Assembly (NCBI GenBank): GCA_963843975.1
Contig: CAWJMG010000001.1
Location: 270,001 to 302,000 of the forward strand
Length of the DNA: 32,000 nucleotides
Direction of reading: 5' to 3'
DNA from: an uncultured Actinomycetes bacterium
Lineage (GTDB): Bacteria; Actinomycetota; Actinomycetes; S36-B12; CAIYMF01
Positions 18,387 through 24,916 of this stretch are shown here, one piece after another. Below the pieces are notes generated by a model. The model saw only the letters and a program-made list of their open reading frames with translations, made no database searches and was not told where the DNA came from. Each line of letters starts with the position of its first letter. The first letter of the stretch is position 1. A program made the translations under genes and the position numbers.

Positions 18387-19898
18387 TCATCCGAAGTTCA
18401 CACCCTGGGCGAGCGGGAGCGACGTCGAGTAGTTGATGGTGTTGGTCGCGCGGCGCATGTAGCCGCGCCACGAGTCCGAGCCGCTCTCGCGTCCGCCGCC
18501 GGTGGTCTTCTCGCCGCCGAAGGCGCCGCCGATCTCGGCGCCCGAGGTGCCGATGTTGACGTTGACGATGCCGCAGTCCGAGCCCGCGGCCGACATGAAG
18601 AGCTCGGCCTCGCGCTGGTTGAGCGTGAAGATGCTCGACGACAGGCCCTGCGGCACGCCGTTGTGCAGCGCGATCGCCTCGTCGAGGTCGTCGTAGGTCA
18701 TCACGTAGAGCAGCGGCGCGAAGGTCTCCTCCCGGACGACGTCGGTCTGCGCCGGCATCCGCACGACCGCCGGACGCACGTAGAACGAGTCGGTGCCGGC
18801 GACGTCGACGCGGTCGCCGCCGGCGACGAGCGTGCCGCCGTCGGCCACCGCGCGGGCGATCGACTCCTGCATGCGGTCGTACGCCTTCTGGTTGATGAGC
18901 GGGCCGACGAGCGTGCCCTCCTCGAGCGGGCTGCCAACGGCGAGGCCCGAGAACGCGCCGGCGATGCGCTCGACGAGCGCGTCGACCACCGACGAGTGTG
19001 CGATCACACGGCGCATCGAGGTGCAGCGTTGGCCCGCCGTACCGGCCGCGGCGAACACGATGCCGCGCAGGGCGAGGTCGAGGTCGGCGCTGGGCGTGAC
19101 GATCGCGGCGTTGTTGCCGCCGAGCTCGAGGATCGTGCGGCCGAAGCGGGCTGCGACGCGCGGCGCGATCTCGGCGCCCATGCGCTCAGACCCCGTGGCG
19201 CTGACGACAGCGATGCGCGGATCGTCGATGAGGGCGGCGGAGTCGTCGCGCTCGGCGAGGACGAGCTGGTGCACGTCGGCGGGGGCGCCGACGTCGGCGA
19301 TGGCCTGGTCGAGCAGCGCGCTGCAGGCGAGGGCGGAGAGGGGAGCCATCTCGGACGGCTTCCAGATCACGCTGTCGCCGCAGACGAGTGCGAGCGCGGT
19401 GTTCCACGACCACACGGCGACGGGGAAGTTGAACGCCGAGATCACGGTGACGGGGCCGGCGGGGTGCCAAGTCTCCATGAGGCGGTGACCCGGGCGCTCG
19501 GACGGCATCGTGCGCCCCTCGAGCTGGCGGGAGAGGCCGAGGGCGAACTCGCAGACGTCGATCATCTCCTGCACCTCGCCGAGGGCCTCGGAGCGGATCT
19601 TGCCCACCTCGAGCTGCACGAGGTCGGCGAGGTCCTCCTTGTGCTCCTCGAGCAGGCGCCCGAGGCGGCGGATCAGGCCGCCGCGCACGGGCGCAGGCAC
19701 CGTGCGCCACTCCAGGAACGCCTCCTGGGCGCGTCCGATCGCGGCCTCGACGTCGGCCGCGCTCGCGGCGGCCAGCGGGATCAGGGTGCCGCCGTCGATG
19801 GGAGAACGGCTGAGCAGCGTGTCGCCGGTGGGCACGGTGGCACCGCAGGCGGTCAGCGCGGCGTGGGCACGGGCGACGAGGTCGTCGTGAAGGGTCAT
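18387..19898 (-). CDS. ALDH7-type aldehyde dehydrogenase (piperideine-6-carboxylate / alpha-aminoadipic semialdehyde dehydrogenase-like)
   Basis: The ATG at 19898 (MTLHDDL...) has GGAGAA 7 nt upstream. 503 aa. Motifs: ELGGNNA and GQRCTS (catalytic Cys). The C-terminus GAFGGEKTTGGGRESGSDSWRGYMRRATNTINYSTSLPLAQGVNF closely resembles the antiquitin/ALDH7 tail. The track ORF extending to 21650 is a spurious upstream extension. Confidence 0.88.
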   Translation of the reverse strand: MTLHDDLVARAHAALTACGATVPTGDTLLSRSPIDGGTLIPLAAASAADVEAAIGRAQEAFLEWRTVPAPVRGGLIRRLGRLLEEHKEDLADLVQLEVGKIRSEALGEVQEMIDVCEFALGLSRQLEGRTMPSERPGHRLMETWHPAGPVTVISAFNFPVAVWSWNTALALVCGDSVIWKPSEMAPLSALACSALLDQAIADVGAPADVHQLVLAERDDSAALIDDPRIAVVSATGSERMGAEIAPRVAARFGRTILELGGNNAAIVTPSADLDLALRGIVFAAAGTAGQRCTSMRRVIAHSSVVDALVERIAGAFSGLAVGSPLEEGTLVGPLINQKAYDRMQESIARAVADGGTLVAGGDRVDVAGTDSFYVRPAVVRMPAQTDVVREETFAPLLYVMTYDDLDEAIALHNGVPQGLSSSIFTLNQREAELFMSAAGSDCGIVNVNIGTSGAEIGGAFGGEKTTGGGRESGSDSWRGYMRRATNTINYSTSLPLAQGVNFG

Positions 19899-19926
19899 GG
19901 GCGGATTCTCCGGCATCGGAGGCTCT

Positions 19927-19945
19927 AGGAACAGCGACGGTTCCT
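19927..19945. promoter_or_regulatory. Interrupted dyad AGGAAC-N7-GTTCCT in the lysR-ALDH gap (candidate LysR-type operator or weak hairpin)
   Basis: The dyad is seen directly in the sequence, in the 68-bp relatively A/T-rich gap between the LysR stop (19967) and the ALDH start (19898). LysR regulators typically bind interrupted dyads with about 7-nt spacers. The function is inferred. Confidence 0.3.
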
Positions 19946-19966
19946 GGCCATGATGCTTGAGGATCT

Positions 19967-20893
19967 CTATTGCTTCGTGCTGCGCCGAGGCTTCTGCAGG
20001 CTCGCGACCACCTCGCCGGCCAGGTCGGCCACCGCTCGCGTGGCCCGGCCGGCGAGGGCGCCCTCCGGGGCGACGATCACGACGTCGCGGTAGACCTCCT
20101 CCTCCACCGGCCGGTGCGAGAGCTCGGGGGTCGTGGCGAGGCGCTGCATGAGGTCGGTCGCGAGCGTGAGGCCGAGGCCCTGCGAGGCGAGCTGCAGCGA
20201 GGCGGCCGAGTCGTTGACCTCGTGCACCACCCGCGGCTCGACGCCGGCGCGACGGAACGCGATGCGCAGGGCACGGCCCATCACGGTCGCGGGGTCCGGG
20301 AGGATCCAGTCGGCCTCGGCCAGGTCGGCGAGCGAGACCGGCGTACGGCGGGTCCGCCCCGGCGCGGACGCGACCCAGAAGCGCTCGCGCAGCACCGCGC
20401 TCACCGTGGTGTCCCGCTCGCGGCGCAGCGGGTCGTCGGGGTAGTCGAGGCCGAACGCGAGATCGACCTCGCCGAGGCGTACGGCGCGGGCGGCGACGTC
20501 GACATCCACCTCGCGGCTCGTGATGCGCAGCTGCGGGTAGCGCGTGGCCGCATGCGCGAGCAGCGGCGACAGGAAGGCCGCGGCCGAGCTGCCCCAGATG
20601 CCGAGCAGGACCTCGCCGCTGGGCTCGTCGTCGAGCTCCGTGACGCTGCGCCTCACCTGCTCCTCGGCGTCGAGCAGCGGCCCGGCCTGCTCGGCCAGGA
20701 GGCGTCCGGCGTCGGTGAGCACGAGGCGGCGACCCGACTTCACGAGGATCTCGACGCCGAGCTCCTTCTCGAGCAGCGCGATGTGCTGGCTCGCCGCACC
20801 CGGCGTGTAGCCGAGCGCCTCGGCCGCAGCGCCGAGCGTGCCCCGGCGTACGAACTCCCGCAGCGTCGCAAGGTGCACGAGGTTGAGGCTCAC
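19967..20893 (-). CDS. LysR-family transcriptional regulator
   Basis: GTG at 20893 (V103 of ORF 19967..21199): SLNLVHLATLREFVRRGTLGAAAEALGYTPGAASQHIALLEKELGVEILVKSGRRLVLTDAG is a classic LysR HTH. About 200 aa of substrate-binding domain follow. Confidence 0.9.
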   Translation of the reverse strand: MSLNLVHLATLREFVRRGTLGAAAEALGYTPGAASQHIALLEKELGVEILVKSGRRLVLTDAGRLLAEQAGPLLDAEEQVRRSVTELDDEPSGEVLLGIWGSSAAAFLSPLLAHAATRYPQLRITSREVDVDVAARAVRLGEVDLAFGLDYPDDPLRRERDTTVSAVLRERFWVASAPGRTRRTPVSLADLAEADWILPDPATVMGRALRIAFRRAGVEPRVVHEVNDSAASLQLASQGLGLTLATDLMQRLATTPELSHRPVEEEVYRDVVIVAPEGALAGRATRAVADLAGEVVASLQKPRRSTKQ

Positions 20894-20960
20894 GACGGGA
20901 ACCGTACGCCGCCGTGCTTGTCGGGCCGCGGATCGCGCATCGCGGTGGGAGCATGTCGCC

Positions 20961-21930
20961 GTGACGGACCTCCTCGAGCTCGCGCACATGCTCCCCCGGC
21001 CGTTGGCACTCGTCTTCGGCGGCGGCGGATCGCGAGGTGCCGTCCAGCTCGGCATGGTCCGTGCGATGGCCGAGACCGACCTCGTGCCCGACATGGTGCT
21101 GGGCACCAGCGTGGGCTCGCTCAACGGCGCGCTGATGGCTGCCGACCCCGCGCGGGCGCACGAGATGCTCGAGGACATCTGGCCGCGCATCGACCGCAAA
21201 CCAGGTCTTCCCCGGCGGCTTCATCCGCCAGACGTTCGCGGCCACGACGTCGGGCCGGCCCTTTGTCTTCGACACCGCGCCGCTCGCCCAGCTGCTGCTC
21301 GAGTACCTGCCCGTGACTCGTATCGAGGATCTCGCGCTGCCGTTCGTGGCGATGGCGACCGACCTCGACTCTGGCGCGCGCGTCGAGATGGACTCGGGCG
21401 ACCTCATCACGGCGCTCCTGGCATCGACCGCGATCCCGGTCGCGTTCCCCTGGGTCGGGCGAGACGGCCTCCGCCTCGTCGACGGCGGCCTGGTGACCAA
21501 CATCCCCGTGCGCCAGGCGGTCGCACGCGGCGCGAAGTCGGTGATGGTGCTCGACTGCGGCGTCTTCGGCGCCGAGGGCAAGTGGTCGGAGGGGATCATG
21601 GGCGTCGCCGTGCAGGCGTTCGCGATCGCCGGACGCCAGCAGATCACCAACGACCTCGAGATCGCGGCCGACGTACCGCTGCTCTACTTCCCCGTGCCCG
21701 ACACGATCCCGACGACGATCTTCGACTTCGAGAGCACCCCGGCACTGGCGGACCAGTCGTACGAGCTCGGCAAGGTCGCGCTCGACGGCTTGCACAGGTA
21801 CGGGCCTGCTGAGGGGTTGCTCGAGCCGGGTCTCTACGGGCGGCCGCCGCTCGCGATCATGAACCCCGAGATCCATGCCCTGCGCGTCCAGCTGCCGGGT
21901 GTGCCGCCCGAGGGCACCGACGCCGGCTGA
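20961..21930 (+). pseudogene. Patatin-like phospholipase, split by a +1 frame change
   Basis: The N-terminal part is in the frame of ORF 20838..21812: LALVFGGGGSRGAVQLG (oxyanion GGGxRG), GTSVGS (GxSxG), ...EDIWPRIDRK. The C-terminal part is in the frame of ORF 21313..21930, which stays open upstream to about 21202: QVFPGGFIRQTF...FVFDTAPLAQLL...ATDLDSG...LLASTAIPVAFPWV...LVDGGLVTNIPV (catalytic DGG). The switch is at about 21198-21202. Start is GTG 20961 or ATG 20988. Confidence 0.8.
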
Positions 21931-21984
21931 AGGCGGCCCGTTTGCGGCGACGGGCTGGACGCTGCGCCGGGGTACGGTCGCACG

Positions 21985-22467
21985 ATGCGTTCACCTCGTG
22001 CAGTCCTCCTGGCGCTTCTGGGCTCGGTCGCCGCGGGCGTCGCGCTGTCGTACGGGCAGACGACGGCGCCGGACGGCATCGCTCCGCTGTTCAACTCCGC
22101 GCTGCCCGTCGTCACGCTCGCCGCACTCGCGGCACTCGCTGGACGCCGGCTCTGGGCCTGCGTTCTGCTGGGCGCATCCGCCGGCCCGCTCGCGATGGGC
22201 GCGGGAGTGGGAGTCGCCCTCGGTGCCGCTCGCGACAGCGTCGTACGCCGGACCTCAGGGAGCGAGATCTCCCGCGACGCCCTCGACCAGTCCGGTGGCA
22301 GCCGTCGATGCCTCGTCCACTGCGCCGGCGACGACCTCGTCGCCTGCCACTGCGCCGACCGCGTCGGTGACCGTGCCGACCGCGTCCGACCCAGCGATGT
22401 CGGCGACGACACCAGAGACGCCCTCGCCCGCCGACGACGCGAGATCCGTGACGGCGGTCGTGGCTGA
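21985..22467 (+). CDS. Possible small membrane protein (only the first ~85 codons look protein-like)
   Basis: MRSPRAVLLALLGSVAAGVALSY...LPVVTLAALAALAGRRLWACVLLGASAGPLAMGAGVGVALGAA has three hydrophobic segments. The 3' 210 nt lie codon-for-codon antisense to the better-supported minus-strand gene 22255..22539 and translate to an Arg/Asp/Cys-rich tail. Confidence 0.3.
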   Translation: MRSPRAVLLALLGSVAAGVALSYGQTTAPDGIAPLFNSALPVVTLAALAALAGRRLWACVLLGASAGPLAMGAGVGVALGAARDSVVRRTSGSEISRDALDQSGGSRRCLVHCAGDDLVACHCADRVGDRADRVRPSDVGDDTRDALARRRREIRDGGRG

Positions 22468-22539
22468 CTCGAGCCCCGGCACCTCGATGCCTGCCTGCTC
22501 TGCGATCCCCGCGACAGCGTCGCGCAGCTTGCTCCACAT
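22255..22539 (-). CDS. Small acidic Ala/Gly/Val/Asp-rich hypothetical protein (94 aa)
   Basis: The ATG at 22539 (M168 of ORF 22255..23040) has GGGAGG 6 nt upstream. MWSKLRDAVAGIAEQAGIEVPGLESATTAVTDLASSAGEGVSGVVADIAGSDAVGTVTDAVGAVAGDEVVAGAVDEASTAATGLVEGVAGDLAP contains loosely repeated D-x-VG-x-V units. Confidence 0.55.
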   Translation of the reverse strand: MWSKLRDAVAGIAEQAGIEVPGLESATTAVTDLASSAGEGVSGVVADIAGSDAVGTVTDAVGAVAGDEVVAGAVDEASTAATGLVEGVAGDLAP

Positions 22540-22821
22540 GGGGTGCCTCCCGGGCCGCCCGTGAGCGGCAGTGGGTGGGACGGCGCGGAGACTGTCCGCC
22601 TGCGCGTGCTCGTCCCTGCCCCCATCGTCGACCGGTCGTTCGCGGGTATCAACCGAGCGACTGACCATCGGACGGACGCACGTAGTCGACGTCGACCACG
22701 CGCCGGCTCCTCGATACCGTGAGCGACCACTGACGAACGCAGGTGAGCTCGTCGAGGTCGCCGCGCGAAGACGAGTTCGAGTGCCTCGAGACGCACGCGG
22801 ACCGGCCTGGGAGGATCGCTC

Positions 22822-23196
22822 ATGACCGTCACCGCCCCGCTCAGCGACCGGCAGATCGTCGTCGAGCGGTACGTCGAGGGGTTCCGCGCCGGCGACCATG
22901 CCGCGATCCACGCCTGCCTCACCGACGACGTGACATGGGACATCGTCGGCTACACGACGGCGGCGGGCCGTGAGGCGTTCGGCGCGCTCATCGACGGACC
23001 GCCCGGTGCGAGCCTCCCGCGACTGACGATCGAGCGACACGTCGAGGACGGCGACGTTGTCGCAACCTACGGCTCGGGCGAGTTCGACGACGCCGAGGGC
23101 GCCCTGCAGCGGTTCCGCTTCGCCGACACGTTCACCTTCCGCGGTGCCCTGATCTGCGCGGTGACGTCGTACGTCGTGGCGCTGTCGCCGCAGTAG
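22822..23196 (+). CDS. SnoaL-like / NTF2-family protein
   Basis: 124 aa. The N-terminal LSDRQIVVERYVEGFRAGDHAAIHACLTDDVTWDIVG is typical of SnoaL/ketosteroid-isomerase-like folds. GGGAGGA lies upstream of the ATG. Confidence 0.8.
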   Translation: MTVTAPLSDRQIVVERYVEGFRAGDHAAIHACLTDDVTWDIVGYTTAAGREAFGALIDGPPGASLPRLTIERHVEDGDVVATYGSGEFDDAEGALQRFRFADTFTFRGALICAVTSYVVALSPQ

Positions 23197-23217
23197 GCGC
23201 GGCCCGGCGGACGAGGA

Positions 23218-23261
23218 TCACCACCCTGCTCACATCATGTGGTGATGTGGGGTCACCACCC
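23218..23261. repeat. TCACCACCC direct repeat pair with a central inverted copy (candidate operator)
   Basis: TCACCACCC at 23218-23226 and 23253-23261. GTGGTGA(T) at 23239-23246 is the inverted copy. This also forms CACATCA-TGTGG-TGATGTG (a 7-bp stem). The element lies 60-105 bp upstream of the ATG at 23323. Confidence 0.4.
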
Positions 23262-23322
23262 GGATTCCTAACGTCGTCGATGTCGCCGGACGCCCGTCCG
23301 GCCGCGACGACAGGAGCCCGAC

Positions 23323-24000
23323 ATGACGATCACCAGCACCGGCCTCACCCGGGCGGCGGGCATCTGCGCCGCGACCGCCGGGGCCATCTTCATCGCCGTC
23401 CAGATCAACCACCCGGCAATGGACGTCGCCTCGGTCGAGACCACCGACTGGCTGGTCCGCAACACGGCCAAGGCGGTCATGGCCGGGCTCGCGCTGGTCG
23501 GCATCGCCGGCCTCTACCTGCGCCAGGTGCGCAAGGTCGGCATCCTCGGCCTGATCGGGGCGGCGGTGTTCAGCCTCGGCTACTTGCTGATGTTCGGCGT
23601 CGAGGTGGTCGCGACCGCGGTGCTGCCCTCGCTGACGCAGAGCAACCCGGCGTACGTGAGCGACGTCGTCGCCGCGGCCTTCGGCGGCACGCCGGTCGGC
23701 GACATCGGCGGCATGGCGATCGTGCTCAACCTCGCCGGGATCAGCTACATGCTCGGCGGGGTGCTGTTCGGCATCGCGCTGTTCCGCGCTCGCGTCGTCA
23801 CCCGCTGGGGATCGCTCCTGCTTGCCGTCGCCACGCTCGCGACCGCCTCGCTCGCCGTGCTGCCCGAGGAGTTCAACCGCCCGATGGCCGTTCCGACCGG
23901 TCTTGCGCTCATCTGGCTCGGTACGTCGCTGTTCCGCAACCCGGGCCACGACGCCACGCCGGTCACGTCGATCAGCGCCGCCGAGCGCGTCTCCGTCTGA
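23323..24000 (+). CDS. Integral membrane protein (about 6 TM helices), function unknown
   Basis: 225-aa ORF with regular hydrophobic helices. CAGGAG RBS 6-7 nt upstream. The stop overlaps the next start (TGATG). Confidence 0.75.
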   Translation: MTITSTGLTRAAGICAATAGAIFIAVQINHPAMDVASVETTDWLVRNTAKAVMAGLALVGIAGLYLRQVRKVGILGLIGAAVFSLGYLLMFGVEVVATAVLPSLTQSNPAYVSDVVAAAFGGTPVGDIGGMAIVLNLAGISYMLGGVLFGIALFRARVVTRWGSLLLAVATLATASLAVLPEEFNRPMAVPTGLALIWLGTSLFRNPGHDATPVTSISAAERVSV

Positions 24001-24695
24001 TGACCACCGTGCAGAACGCGGGTCGGCCGGGGCTGGTGCCCCGGTCGTCCCGCACGTGGGCAGTCGTCCTGCCGATCGTCCTGCTCAGCCTCATCCCGGT
24101 CGCCGCGGGCGTGCTGCGGCTCGTCCAGGTGGCGGGCGGTCCGGCGATCATCCCGGCCGACCACCGCTACGCCGACTTCCCGGCTCCGCTGATCGTGCAC
24201 ATCGTGTCGTCGATCGTGTTCCTGCTCGTGGGCGCGTTCCAGCTCGCACCCCGCTTCCGTCGCGGGCACCTGCGCTGGCACCGTCGCGCCGGCCGCGTGC
24301 TCGGCGTCGCGGGGATGCTCGTCGCGTTCTCCGCGATCTGGATGACGCTGTTCTACGAGCGCCACCCGGGCACGACCGACCTGATCTACGTGCTGCGCCT
24401 CGCGTTCGGCAGCTTCCTCGCCGCCGCGCTCGTCATCGGCATCCGCGCGGCGCGGAACGGCGACCTCGTCACCCACCGCGCGTGGATGATCCGGGCGTAC
24501 GTCGTCGCGCTCGCTGCCGGGTCGCAGGCCGTCACCGAGGGCGTGTTCGGCGCGATCTTCGGCACGGCCGGCATCCGCGGCGACCTCGCGAAGGCGTCGT
24601 CGTGGGTCATCGGGATCGCGGTGGCCGAGTGGATCATCCGCCGCCCGGCCCGTCAGGCTCGTCTCGCAGTGCGGCTCTCGGTCGTGTCGTCATGA
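24000..24695 (+). CDS. DUF2306-like membrane protein
   Basis: The ATG at 24000 is in the frame of ORF 23247..24695: MTTVQNAGRPGLVPRSSRTWAVVLPIVLLSLIPVAAG... It has HIVSSIVFLLVGAFQLAPRFRR..LRWHRRAGRV, resembling the DUF2306 Q-F...HR..GR motif. About 6 TM helices. Confidence 0.72.
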   Translation: MTTVQNAGRPGLVPRSSRTWAVVLPIVLLSLIPVAAGVLRLVQVAGGPAIIPADHRYADFPAPLIVHIVSSIVFLLVGAFQLAPRFRRGHLRWHRRAGRVLGVAGMLVAFSAIWMTLFYERHPGTTDLIYVLRLAFGSFLAAALVIGIRAARNGDLVTHRAWMIRAYVVALAAGSQAVTEGVFGAIFGTAGIRGDLAKASSWVIGIAVAEWIIRRPARQARLAVRLSVVSS

Positions 24696-24904
24696 CCGAC
24701 GGTCGCGTCTACACGCTGCGGGTCGGCGGCCACCTCGACGACCGGTGGGCGAGCTGGTTCGACGGCCTCGTGATCGCCGACGCCGAGGACGGCACGAGCA
24801 GCCTCACGGGCCGTGTCGAGGATCAGGCGCAGCTGCACGGGATCCTCGCGCGGCTGCGCGACCTCGGCGTCCCGCTGATCAGCTGCCAGGCGCTCGATGC
24901 CTGA
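24692..24904 (+). CDS. Small hypothetical protein (70 aa)
   Basis: The ATG at 24692 overlaps the previous stop (ATGA). MTDGRVYTLRVGGHLDDRWASWFDGLVIADAEDGTSSLTGRVEDQAQLHGILARLRDLGVPLISCQALDA. The DQA.LHG.L..LRDLG.PL.S ending recurs in many small actinobacterial proteins of unknown function. Confidence 0.6.
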   Translation: MTDGRVYTLRVGGHLDDRWASWFDGLVIADAEDGTSSLTGRVEDQAQLHGILARLRDLGVPLISCQALDA

Positions 24905-24916
24905 CCCGTACGACGT

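Noticed and set aside
17229-19928. 899-aa plus-strand ORF
   Set aside because: It is antisense to the FAD oxidoreductase and ALDH genes, both of which have strong family motifs. It has no motifs of its own.
19899-21650. Upstream extension of the ALDH ORF to a TTG at 21650 (1087 aa in the track)
   Set aside because: The extension runs through the LysR gene in another frame and antisense to the patatin gene. The ALDH family N-terminus and a GGAGAA RBS fit the ATG at 19898.
20961-21930. Patatin-like lipase as a CBASS/defence effector
   Set aside because: No cyclase, E1/E2 or other CBASS genes are nearby. Composition is native, it is divergent from a LysR gene, and it is frame-disrupted. An ordinary standalone patatin is more likely.
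22685-22696. Perfect 12-bp palindrome GTCGACGTCGAC in the 22540-22821 intergenic region
   Set aside because: GTCGAC-type palindromes are common in this composition. Several 12-bp palindromes are expected by chance in 32 kb, and there is no repeat partner or positional support.
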